A stretch of 41,122 nt of DNA from positions 1-41,122 of the IMG/VR virus record IMGVR_UViG_3300023076_000005, one strand, 5' to 3'. Both the position numbers and the translations under genes were made by a program. Below are positions 25,801 to 34,163 of this stretch, piece after piece. A model generated the notes under the pieces. That model was not told the origin of the DNA and did not search any database. It saw only the letters and a program-made list of their open reading frames with translations. Positions within the stretch are counted from its first letter, which is position 1, and each line of letters opens with the position of its first letter. This stretch comes from a virus (Duplodnaviria > Caudoviricetes).

Positions 25801-28481
25801 CGGGTGTGGGCGCGTCGGCTGCTGCTGGCTACGCATCGGGTGGGCTCACGGGGGCTGCCAGCGGCGTGATGAGCTACTACGGCGGTCTTTTTTCGACCGC
25901 CACCGCGACACTTTCAAGTGGCTTTTCAAGCCTGATGACTGCGCTGGGTCTGCAAACAGCGGCGACTACAGCGGCAACCACGGCCGCTACGGCGGGCACA
26001 GGCTACGCGCTGGGTAGCTCTCTTGTGTCCGGAACCGTAGGGTCCGCGACGTACGCCGCGACTGGTGCGTCGGCATTCTCGTCGGCGCTTTCCTCGATGG
26101 GCGCGCTGTGGCCCCTGGCAATCGTCATGGGCATGTATCAGTCCGGCAAGCTTTACTCGGCCGGGGTTCGTCCGGACGGTGATGCGATCCAAGCCAGCGG
26201 GGGTGATACCGCGCTGGGGCAGGCTGCGATGTTTGCACCTGCCATGGGCGCTCGCTGGCTCGAACTTAAAGACGATCTGCTGGGCGGGATTGTTGGCGGC
26301 AAACTGGCTGCCATCATTACCGGCTCAACGGTGTTCCAAGCCGTGTATGAGAAGGTCGGCGCGAAGCTTTTCGGTAGCGGATACAAGACGAAGGATTCTG
26401 GCATTGCGTTGAGCGTTGATGGAGGGGCATTCGACGCGCAGCAATTCATCAAGCAAAAGAAAAAAGGGGGCTTGATCTCCGGCTCAAGCAAAACCCGATA
26501 CCTGCTTGATGACCTGTCCAGCGATCTGAAGGACCCGCTGGGGCAGAAGTACAACGAAACCATTCTCACGGTTCTGAGCAACTTCCATCGTCTTAACGTG
26601 ACGATGAACGAGGGTGTGCTCGATAACCTGAACATGGCAACGCAGTACATCAGCACCCAGGATCGCACTGAAGACGAAATCAACACTGCGATTGATGCAT
26701 GGTTCACCGACTTGGGGCAGGCGGCTGTTACCGCCGTTTCCGATGCGACGAACGCCGGTATTGGTAACTACAACTTTGTGCAGCTCACAGAGTTTGTGGA
26801 CAACCTGTACAGCATCAACGACATGTTCAAGCTGCTGAACATCAACGCGCTGCCTGTATCTGTCTGGGGCGGCAAGCTGACAGAGCAGTACGTCGCGATG
26901 GCTGGCGGCATGGAAGCACTGACGACTGCAGCGACCTCTTATTACGACGCCTTCTACAGCGATACCGAGAAAGCAGACGATACCTTGGCGGCTGTGCGCG
27001 CTCAGTTTGCGAGCCTCAATCTGACGCTGCCGGACAATGAAGCTGGTTTCCGGGCGATGGTTGAAAGCATCGACAGCACCACTGATGCCGGTCGGTCGAT
27101 GTTCTTCACACTCACTGGCTTGAGTGCGAGCGCCCGTGCGGCTTACGACATTCTTGAAAGCAGAGCGAGTGATGCAGAGCAGGCTTCTCTTGATGCCGCC
27201 CAAGCGGCTCTGGATGCGGCACAGGCCATCAAGGATGCCCTGCTGGGCGTGGCTGAAAACAGCAACAGTGCGCTTTCCCGAGCGGTGGAAGCCGAGCGGT
27301 CCGCAGCAACAGCGGCTTACAACGCCAGAGTCGCATCGCTCAATGATATGGCGAGCACAGCGAGCGAGAGCGTTAGCGGGCTTACCTCGGTAAGCGGCTC
27401 GCTTGAAAGTGCCTTGAAGTCTCTGCGGGGTTCATCTGCCGACGCCGTGCAAATGCTACAGGTGCAGGCGCGGGCGACATTGCAGAGCGCTCTCGCAACT
27501 GCGCGATCCGGCGGCTCGCTCGCCGGGTTTGCCGGTTTGGATGACGCACTAGATACGGTCAGCAGCAATAACACTGATCTGTATTCGTCCATGGAAGACT
27601 TCACGCGCGACCAGGGCCGGACCGCAAACGTCGTCGCCGAACTGAATGCAATCAACGGCAAACAGCTGACTGCTGCTGAGAAGCTTCAGCAAAGCCTGGA
27701 AGCTCAGGTTGACCAGGCCAAAGCGGCTTACGACGCACAGATGTCGCAGTTCGATCAGCAGCTTGAATTCGCCCAAGCGCAGATGGATGCGCTGAACGGT
27801 GTTGATAACTCCGTAATGAGTGTCACTGCTGCCGTAAACGCAATGAATGCGGCGGTAGTGGCAGCACTTGCTGGTATCGCAGGCAAGGCTTCGACGGGCA
27901 CGTCCACCAACAACGGTACTCTGATCGATTCTGTTTATAACGCTGTGTTGGACAGGAACGCCGATGCGGCTGGCAAGGCTTACTGGCAGGGCCAATTGGC
28001 AAGCGGCGCTATTGGCTATGACCAGCTTGAGCAGGCTATCAAAAACGCTGCGGTGGCGAGTGGTTCGATTCCCGCCTTTGCCACTGGCGGGCTGCTATCC
28101 GGGCCTGGCACCGGCACTAGCGACAGCATGTTGATCCGGGCGTCAAACGGCGAGTACGTCATGAGTGCCGACGCTGTTCGGATGTTCGGCCCTGATCTCC
28201 TTGATCAGATGAACAGCCTGCAGGTTCCGGCGTTCGCCGTGGGTGGTCCGGTTCTGGATGTCGCGGCCCCGGCTGGCATTTTTACTTCAAGTCACTCGAC
28301 CGCCTCTGGTGCCGCGAACGGGACAAATGCCCTGCTGGAAAGCAAGGTCGACACGCTTATCGATGTGGTGAAACAGATCATGGGTCCGATGAAAGTCGAC
28401 CTGAACAAAAACCGGAAGCTGTTCGAGAAATTCGACGCGCAAGGCTTGCCACCCACCAGAACAGCGAGTGCGACATCATGA
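22806..28481 (+). CDS. Tape measure protein
   Basis: 1891 aa, Ala-rich helical; C-terminal FATGG..SGPGTGTSDS...SNGEYV motif. Confidence 0.93.
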   Translation: MGDADVQGMLIRIEATTAQLRQEIARGESAVAQSAGKIDGSLAKIDSGFDRTGANASALQKAVSSAFAGIGIASAAAVAGLVAITVKATGYAQEIKNLSALSNASVTDFQRLAAGAKTVGVEQEKLGDILKDTSDRVGEFLQRGGGEMADFFKEIAPKVGVTAQMFAKLSGPEALQLYYNSLEKAGLNQSQMTTYMEAMADEATALIPLLKNNGEGFKNFGDQAERSGQILKSFEVDRLVQANQSIKNLESSIDGASRQLVVGMLPGIESVTQRLTAMSNNGAMDVLGAAIGFLADHLNVLVVLMGGKVAAAFTGYIQGLGSAAVASNQARAANIAQAASAVELAAANQIAAQSAVIRAEREAVAARGTAVQTQMSVQLAQARMAERSATAQLAAAQAGLKAASGGVMALLGGPAGVAALAVGAGIAFLTMSGNAKEAGASLEDLKRPIEELRKEFKALTRDQQEASIVTAVRQQEQAVNEAGEAYSAFLSTTKQVLGSTVGSRIAGEFAEARSSGKGLTATLDDIQKRFHVPEEGMRSLREAAGNVSTLDVKTGQLSDRVAAYRKEVTAGTVATKGQGDADIVATNAANTYLKTLDDQLTKLKDKSAVEQASTYIAEHKIPVESELAAKIRDRASAIDAQKKSDKDATEATNAASAATKKAASEEAGRTKALVDLKVQADIAIASATGLADAYLAGTDRSREFALQQKVEEALLKTGSSAREEVIAKLTAQQDAQDRLSVSKAAYDLQKETADLIAQAKATLQGADALAAYNLQKSMTIALAGKNIAVGSEEYQQLLAANKAQQEAVKIAQQAANAGGIVDRLYPEAKLLKDYTEDQKALNAAMALYPENAAQYQDALAKLGNEYEVNRSKATLWGQMTEGAIDRIDQAFATAWGNIGDGASSLWDNLKTGFKQTLGEIAHMLTTKPLLASISNWLTGSDNGQGLSAVWNKLLGGDSGSSGGLGGLFGGSSSNQSGGGLWSGVVGLGKNLYSAWSSITGVGASAAAGYASGGLTGAASGVMSYYGGLFSTATATLSSGFSSLMTALGLQTAATTAATTAATAGTGYALGSSLVSGTVGSATYAATGASAFSSALSSMGALWPLAIVMGMYQSGKLYSAGVRPDGDAIQASGGDTALGQAAMFAPAMGARWLELKDDLLGGIVGGKLAAIITGSTVFQAVYEKVGAKLFGSGYKTKDSGIALSVDGGAFDAQQFIKQKKKGGLISGSSKTRYLLDDLSSDLKDPLGQKYNETILTVLSNFHRLNVTMNEGVLDNLNMATQYISTQDRTEDEINTAIDAWFTDLGQAAVTAVSDATNAGIGNYNFVQLTEFVDNLYSINDMFKLLNINALPVSVWGGKLTEQYVAMAGGMEALTTAATSYYDAFYSDTEKADDTLAAVRAQFASLNLTLPDNEAGFRAMVESIDSTTDAGRSMFFTLTGLSASARAAYDILESRASDAEQASLDAAQAALDAAQAIKDALLGVAENSNSALSRAVEAERSAATAAYNARVASLNDMASTASESVSGLTSVSGSLESALKSLRGSSADAVQMLQVQARATLQSALATARSGGSLAGFAGLDDALDTVSSNNTDLYSSMEDFTRDQGRTANVVAELNAINGKQLTAAEKLQQSLEAQVDQAKAAYDAQMSQFDQQLEFAQAQMDALNGVDNSVMSVTAAVNAMNAAVVAALAGIAGKASTGTSTNNGTLIDSVYNAVLDRNADAAGKAYWQGQLASGAIGYDQLEQAIKNAAVASGSIPAFATGGLLSGPGTGTSDSMLIRASNGEYVMSADAVRMFGPDLLDQMNSLQVPAFAVGGPVLDVAAPAGIFTSSHSTASGAANGTNALLESKVDTLIDVVKQIMGPMKVDLNKNRKLFEKFDAQGLPPTRTASATS

Positions 28482-29371
28482 GGTTTATTCGACCTACTGA
28501 GGTCACTCCCGCGAGACTGGTCAGCTCTAACGTACCTGAGAACGATTACCCGGAGTGGGTGGCTGGCACTAACACCATTGGCGTTCGCAAGATCATTGCC
28601 GCGCAGCACAAGGTTTATGAGGTGCTGGCCAGCACGACGACTGACAGTCCACTGGTTGGGATCGCCGCTTACCCTCCGACTTGGATGGAGATCGGATACA
28701 CCAACAAGTGGCGGATGTTTGACGAGGTGGTCGGCACCGTCACGTCAATGCCAAGCACGGTGTCTGTGACCATCAAGCCCGGTACGGTCGTGAACTCGCT
28801 GGCGCTGTTCAACGTTCAGGGCAAGTCCGTGACCATCACCATGGATGATCCCGTTGAGGGGCGTGTTTACAGTCGAACAGTGAATCTCGTCGATGCCGCA
28901 GTAGACAACTGGTACGACTGGTTTTTCGCCGACATCGAGGTGCGAACAAGTTTCGTAGTTCTCGATATGCCCGCATTCGGGACGGCGAACATCACTGTCA
29001 CGATCAACAGCGGTTCCACCGCTGCTGTCGGGGCCTTGGTGATCGGCAAGCTTGTTCCAATTGGTACCACTACCTATGGCGCCAAAGTTGGCATCGATGA
29101 CTACAGCCGGAAGGAGCGGGACAAGTTCGGCAACCTAGTTGTGGTCGAGGGAGCCTTCTCCGACACCGGGGATTTCCCGGTAGTCGTCGATACCGATCGC
29201 GTCAGCAGCATCAAAAAAATGCTTATCGATATCCGCGCGAAGCCAGTGGTCTGGATCGGCGAGGAAACGTACGAAGCAACAATCATCTACGGCTTTTTCA
29301 AATCACTCGACCTGATTTATTCGGGGCCGGAGGTTTCTGATTGCCAGCTTTCCATTGAGGGCCTTATCTAA
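28478..29371 (+). CDS. Tail tip / distal tail structural protein
   Basis: 297 aa, beta-rich, directly after the tape measure gene; GIDDYSRKERDKFGN. Confidence 0.65.
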   Translation: MRFIRPTEVTPARLVSSNVPENDYPEWVAGTNTIGVRKIIAAQHKVYEVLASTTTDSPLVGIAAYPPTWMEIGYTNKWRMFDEVVGTVTSMPSTVSVTIKPGTVVNSLALFNVQGKSVTITMDDPVEGRVYSRTVNLVDAAVDNWYDWFFADIEVRTSFVVLDMPAFGTANITVTINSGSTAAVGALVIGKLVPIGTTTYGAKVGIDDYSRKERDKFGNLVVVEGAFSDTGDFPVVVDTDRVSSIKKMLIDIRAKPVVWIGEETYEATIIYGFFKSLDLIYSGPEVSDCQLSIEGLI

Positions 29372-31041
29372 TGGTTGCACCAATATTTGCGCCGTTTCCT
29401 GCTGCGCCGTCGCGCGCCGAGGGTCGTGACGACTTTAGCCCGTCAGCAGATACGTTTGCCGCAGCCCTGCCGCCGTTTGCTTTGAAGATGAACCAGGCCA
29501 TCACGTGGATGGCCGAAACAATGATGGCCGTGTCTAGCTCAGAGTCTGCTGCTGCCGACTCGGCCAGCGCAGCAGCGCAATCTGCCAAAGACGCTAATAC
29601 GGCTAAGGTCGCCGCCCAAAAAGCGGTTACTGATGCGGGGGCGGCCGGGGCGCAACAGGTTCAGTATGTAAAAGACCAAGTGGCGCTTTCTGTCACGGCC
29701 AAGGAATCCGCGCAGGCTGCTGCAGCTGCTGCCCAAGCTGCTGCGGGTATGCCCTCTATCGCAGGCAAGGCTTTCATGGCGTAGCGCGTGAATGCTGCGA
29801 GTACTGGAGTTGAATGGGCTCCTGGTGTACCGAATACGCTGGTTGGTAAGACTGGCCAGTCAATCATGCTCGGCGCGGACAAGCTTCCGTATTGGGGATA
29901 TGCTGGTCAACAGATCGGTGATCTTCTGATTACTTCGCGAAACCCCGGCAGCCTATACCTACCAGCAAATGGCTCTATCCGTTCGCAATCTGCGTATCCT
30001 GCGTTGTTCGCATCGTTAGGTTTGACTGGCGGTGCTATCGGCACAGCTTGGGCAGATTATGATTTTGGTGGAGTTGGCGGAGCTTTTGCCGCAAGTCTGA
30101 GCGGGACGGTAATTGTTGTCCAGTCTACAACCCAAGTTAGACGCAGTTCGGACAGGGGGCAAACTTGGGCTAATATCACAACGCCCCTCATTAACGGCAT
30201 TTCTGATATTAAAACAGATGGCAACGGCACTTGGATAATCATGAGTGGGGCCACTAGCGCGCCGTACCAATGTCTACGAAGTACAGACGATGGGCTGACT
30301 TGGCAACTGGTAACACTTCCTGCGACGAGTAGTGGCGCCGGGGGTAACTGGACTAAGCTGTTGTATTGCGGTAACAATGTTTGGATTGCGACGGGCAGTT
30401 ACACTTTAACTATGCTTAGGAGTACAAATGGCGGGGCTAGTTGGTCAACTTTCACGCATGGCTATCCTGTCGCCAGTCCGCCTCAAGCCTTCGCGGCCAA
30501 TGGTACGGGCACTGTTTTAATTAGCGGGTACGACGGTTCGAATTACACGGTTAAGAAAAGCACCGACTATGGCGCGAGTTTTATCAATTTCCTAACTTTG
30601 AGCGGACTAACTAATTGTATAGCTACTGATGGACAAGGCACATGGATTATTGGGCTTGGCGGAATCAATGCTTTGCGCTGCTTCGATGATGCTGCAAGTT
30701 CTTCCAGCTTTTCACCTTTTACGATTACAGGAGGTGTTGCCAGTAACGGCGATATTATTTTTGTAGGTGGCTTGATTTTATATATGTTTGTTGGTTCAGG
30801 GTCTAAAGTTATTATTCAGGCCCCTAATGGATCGGTTGCACCTCAAAGTTCTGCGACCAACGTTAATACTAAGTTTGCTAATGCGGGTAACGGTACAATT
30901 TTTGCCGGGTCTACAACAGCAAACCGGTTGTCTCGTTCTGTTCCGCAGTTTGGCTACGATACATCCACACAGTTTGCGCTTCCTAATCCTCAGACGGTGA
31001 ATGGCGTAACCGCATACATTAAAGCTCTGGAGGCAGCATGA
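29371..31041 (+). pseudogene. Tail fibre / receptor-binding protein interrupted by an in-frame TAG (29782-29784)
   Basis: The 137-aa and 417-aa ORFs share a frame (GKAFMA*RVNAASTGVEW); no SD before GTG 29788; tail-collar-like and Asp-box motifs downstream. Confidence 0.72.
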
Positions 31042-31562
31042 TCAAACTCTATCTGTGGGATGAGCAGGGCTTGTTCGTGGGCGAGCAGGAAGTCGACGAG
31101 GCTGGTGCTCTGCCGCTGCGCAGCACTCCGACAAAACCTATGAAACTGACCGGCACGCAGGTTGCGCGCTGGACGGGTGAGGGCTGGGAGAAGTTGGCGT
31201 CGGCTCCGGTGGTCGAGCCGGTTCCCGAGCCAGCGCCTGACTGGATGGCGCTGATTGCTGCCCGGCGCTGGGCTGCCGAGACTGGCGGCATTGTCCTCGG
31301 CGGTATGCCGGTGGACACCGACGACCGCAGCAAGCTGCTTATCAACGGCGCGGCCCTACGGGCCAGCCGCGACAGCAGCTACGTCCTGCACTGGAAAACG
31401 GTTGGAGGCTTTATTGACCTGTCGGCCGACCAGGTGCTGATCATGGCCGACGTAGTAAGCGACCACGTACAGGCCTGCTTCACCCGCGAGTCGGAGCTGC
31501 AAGCTGCCGTGGTTGATGGATCTATCTCCGCAGAGGTTATCGAGCAAGGCTGGCCTAGCTGA
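31038..31562 (+). CDS. Tail fibre assembly chaperone (DUF4376-like)
   Basis: IAARRW.AETGGI...TDDRSK...WKT..GFIDL...HVQACF.RE. Confidence 0.8.
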   Translation: MIKLYLWDEQGLFVGEQEVDEAGALPLRSTPTKPMKLTGTQVARWTGEGWEKLASAPVVEPVPEPAPDWMALIAARRWAAETGGIVLGGMPVDTDDRSKLLINGAALRASRDSSYVLHWKTVGGFIDLSADQVLIMADVVSDHVQACFTRESELQAAVVDGSISAEVIEQGWPS

Positions 31563-31609
31563 TAGCAATCGTCGATACTGAACTTTTCGTGTCCAGCAAG
31601 GAGGTTGAG

Positions 31610-32422
31610 ATGGAGTTTCCCACCGTAAAGGCCGAGGCAAAGGTTGACCTCACCAAAGTAGCCGAGGCCGTATATGTCGACGGCGTCTCCGCTAGTGTGA
31701 AGGAACTTTCCAAGGTTGGTACAGATGTAGCGAAGAGTGCTCGATTGTTGCTAATTCCTCTCCAACTTTTAGGTGCGGTGCAGGATAGGGTTGAGGCTTA
31801 TATCGCAAGATCTATTGCGCAAATTCCCCCTGAGAAGCGGGTTAACCCAATTCGCTCTGTCGCCTTGCCTATTCTGGAGAAGCTTCGATACCAAGAGGAG
31901 GGTGAGCTACTAACGGAGATTTATTTGAATCTTTTATCAAGGACCTTCGACCTTGATCGGTTCGGTGAAGCTCATCCTGCATTCTTGAATTTGCTAAATC
32001 AGCTTTCAAGCGATGAGGCGAAGCTTCTACATTTGTTCGCAGCGTCTGACTTCCAGATAATTTTTGCAGACGAGCCAGGCGTGTGGCCGGTAAGCACCGA
32101 TACGATTGATGAATTTATTAGCGACGGATTTTTTCAATCTGCCAACAAAGAGTGGCTAGCGGCTAGGCTGCTTGATGTGAGCATACTAGATCAGCCGAAA
32201 TACCTTCACGTCTATATAGAGCACTTGGTATCGCTAGGGCTACTAACGTACAGCAACACGCATTTCGCCGAACTTAACCATAAGTTTGCCCATTCAAATC
32301 TGAGTCATGGGACTGCATTCTGGTCGCTGTGTATCTCTAAGTTCGGTTTGATGCTCCATAAAGCATGCGTTCAAGAAGCGGTTGAGCCAGGTCTGTGCGC
32401 GAATAAGTCGGATCGACTGTAG
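31610..32422 (+). CDS. Abi-alpha (DUF4393)-family abortive infection protein
   Basis: IPPEKRV.P...A.PILEKLRY...L.EIYLNLL....D......HPAF..LLNQLSSDEAKLL and HLVSLGLL; AAGGAGG RBS; own terminator. Confidence 0.8.
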   Translation: MEFPTVKAEAKVDLTKVAEAVYVDGVSASVKELSKVGTDVAKSARLLLIPLQLLGAVQDRVEAYIARSIAQIPPEKRVNPIRSVALPILEKLRYQEEGELLTEIYLNLLSRTFDLDRFGEAHPAFLNLLNQLSSDEAKLLHLFAASDFQIIFADEPGVWPVSTDTIDEFISDGFFQSANKEWLAARLLDVSILDQPKYLHVYIEHLVSLGLLTYSNTHFAELNHKFAHSNLSHGTAFWSLCISKFGLMLHKACVQEAVEPGLCANKSDRL

Positions 32423-32467
32423 AGCCGGTCCTGACTTGGCTCCTTTTGTACATGACTACCCACCAAG

Positions 32468-32491
32468 AGCCCGCTTTTAGCGGGCTTTTTT
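32468..32491 (+). terminator. Terminator after Abi-alpha
   Basis: AGCCCGCT-TTT-AGCGGGCT followed by a T run. Confidence 0.8.
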
Positions 32492-32509
32492 ACGCCAGGA
32501 GAAAGGCCC

Positions 32510-33019
32510 ATGACTACAGTTCCCGGCAAGTTCGATTTAAAGCCAGATATTCGGTATATCAGCCGCTGGGAAGTAGAGATGCGGCAGGATATGGCCTTCT
32601 ATGACCCGATCTACGGCCCGATCACGGTTCAAAAATCCTTCGTCAGCGACTTGGCATCGATCCGCATACTTCGGGAAATCTGCCGGTGGTGCGCCGTGGC
32701 GGCACTGACAGGTGGGACTCTGGTGCATTCCTATCCGTGGATCCGCACGGCGCTGGTGATAATCGCAGTCATTTCACTGGCTATCTACGGTCTGCTCGTT
32801 GGCTACGGCATGCGCGCTTCAATCCTGCATGACCTGCTTTATACAACCGGTCAGTTCAGTCGTCGTGACTGTGATGCCATCTATTACCGGGCGCTAACCA
32901 CCGGCGACGGTACGGCCCGATGGCGCTCCCTTATATTCTGGATCGGCGTCCGATTGGGCGGCCACTGGAGCTACACCAGAACCCCGACAAGTTCGGGGTT
33001 TTCTTCGTCTGGAGACTGA
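32510..33019 (+). CDS. DUF1353-family protein
   Basis: FVSDLASI...ASILHDLLY...SRRDCDAI...GVRLGG. Confidence 0.75.
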   Translation: MTTVPGKFDLKPDIRYISRWEVEMRQDMAFYDPIYGPITVQKSFVSDLASIRILREICRWCAVAALTGGTLVHSYPWIRTALVIIAVISLAIYGLLVGYGMRASILHDLLYTTGQFSRRDCDAIYYRALTTGDGTARWRSLIFWIGVRLGGHWSYTRTPTSSGFSSSGD

Positions 33020-33040
33020 CGAAACCGTATTCCATCCCAG

Positions 33041-33065
33041 CCCGCCATCGTGCGGGTTTCTTTTT
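33041..33065 (+). terminator. Terminator-like hairpin before the endolysin
   Basis: CCCGC-CATCGT-GCGGG followed by TTTCTTTTT. Confidence 0.55.
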
Positions 33066-33079
33066 GCGTGGAGAAAAGC

Positions 33080-33517
33080 ATGACCGCTACTGAAAAAGAC
33101 CGCGAAGTATTGGCCCGGACCTTGTGGGGCGAAGCTCGTGGCGAAGGGGTGGCCGGGCAGATCGCCGTCGCCTGGTCCATCCGCAACCGTGTGGATATGG
33201 ATTTGAACAACGATGGCAAGCCCGATTGGTGGGGCGAAGGGTACGTGGGTGTTTGCCTGAAGGCCTGGCAGTTCAGTTGCTGGAATAAGAACGATCCGAA
33301 CTATCCGTACCTCTCCGGTGCGAAGCCGATCCCGTTCCGCGAGCTCGCCCAGGCCCGTCTCGCTGCAGATCAGGTAATTGAGGGCAGGCAGCCAGATCCC
33401 ACCGGCGGTGCTACGCATTACTACGCGACCACCATGGCGAAAGCGCCGGACTGGTCTGCTAAGGCCAAGCAGACGCTGAAGCTGGGTCACCACATCTTCT
33501 TCAAGGATGTGCCATGA
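33080..33517 (+). CDS. Endolysin, SleB-like cell wall hydrolase
   Basis: LARTLWGEARGE, AVAW.IRNR, WQFSCWN, DPTGGATHYY and GHHIFF. Confidence 0.92.
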   Translation: MTATEKDREVLARTLWGEARGEGVAGQIAVAWSIRNRVDMDLNNDGKPDWWGEGYVGVCLKAWQFSCWNKNDPNYPYLSGAKPIPFRELAQARLAADQVIEGRQPDPTGGATHYYATTMAKAPDWSAKAKQTLKLGHHIFFKDVP

Positions 33518-34014
33518 CGGCCTTCTTCAAGCTGGTCCCTGCTTGGATGTGGGTGCTGTTGGTACTCCTCGCATCTGCCGTCTACCTGGCGTTTCGTCTC
33601 GACAGTGTGAAAGGCGCTCGTGATGACCTGGTGGTCGAGCGGGATGCTGAGCGGGTAAAAGTAAGCCAGCTTACTGCTGCCAATGAATCACGAAAGAAAA
33701 CTCAGAAGCTGTTACTCGATCTCGACACGCAGCACAGCCAAGAACAGGCCAAAGCCGATGCGCAAAATAAACCCATGCTTACTGCTGTCGCTACTGGTGC
33801 TCAGCGGGTGTATGTCAAAGCCAGTTGCCCCGCCACCTCTGTGCGAGCCGCCCCAAGGCCCACCGGCAAGTCTGATGAAGAAGGTAGAGCCGAACTTGAC
33901 CCAGCGGTTGCAGAAAGAATTCTCCATACCGGCGTCGACGGAGACGATGCCATCCGGCAACTGAGTAACTTGCAGGATTACGTAAGAACGATTTGCCTAC
34001 GGCAAGCCGAGTAA
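33514..34014 (+). CDS. Rz: Rz-like inner-membrane spanin
   Basis: N-terminal TM, coiled coil, V.ASC...AELDP...LQDYVRTIC. Confidence 0.85.
   Translation: MTAFFKLVPAWMWVLLVLLASAVYLAFRLDSVKGARDDLVVERDAERVKVSQLTAANESRKKTQKLLLDLDTQHSQEQAKADAQNKPMLTAVATGAQRVYVKASCPATSVRAAPRPTGKSDEEGRAELDPAVAERILHTGVDGDDAIRQLSNLQDYVRTICLRQAE
33758..33964 (+). CDS. Rz1: Rz1-like outer-membrane spanin lipoprotein embedded in Rz
   Basis: MRKINPCLLLSLLVLSGC lipobox and Pro-rich body, in another frame inside Rz. Confidence 0.8.
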   Translation: MRKINPCLLLSLLVLSGCMSKPVAPPPLCEPPQGPPASLMKKVEPNLTQRLQKEFSIPASTETMPSGN

Positions 34015-34131
34015 AAGGAGCGATCAGCCTAGATGCGTCAACATCCAGGCTGAACGCCGAATCCGCAGCCCTTTCCTGCAAATCCAGCCAAGACTCCCGC
34101 TTCGTGCACAAAGCGGAGCGGAGTCTAGCAA

Positions 34132-34147
34132 CTGTTCATTCATACAG
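34132..34147. promoter_or_regulatory. LexA (SOS) box
   Basis: CTGTTCATTCATACAG, 16 bp before the methylase ATG. Confidence 0.8.
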
Positions 34148-34163
34148 TAAAGGTTTGCAATCA

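Noticed and set aside
29782-29784. Phage-wide amber (TAG) recoding
   Set aside because: TAG is a normal stop for other genes (ending at 1273, 19249 and 32422), no other gene is fragmented and there is no suppressor tRNA.
29788-31562. Diversity-generating retroelement or invertible fibre cassette
   Set aside because: No RT, no template/variable repeat pair and no invertase or flanking inverted sites seen.
33993-34163. 57-aa N-terminal extension of the methylase in the ORF track
   Set aside because: Family similarity starts at MSSPIVPW (34164); the extension spans the leader hairpin and the LexA box.
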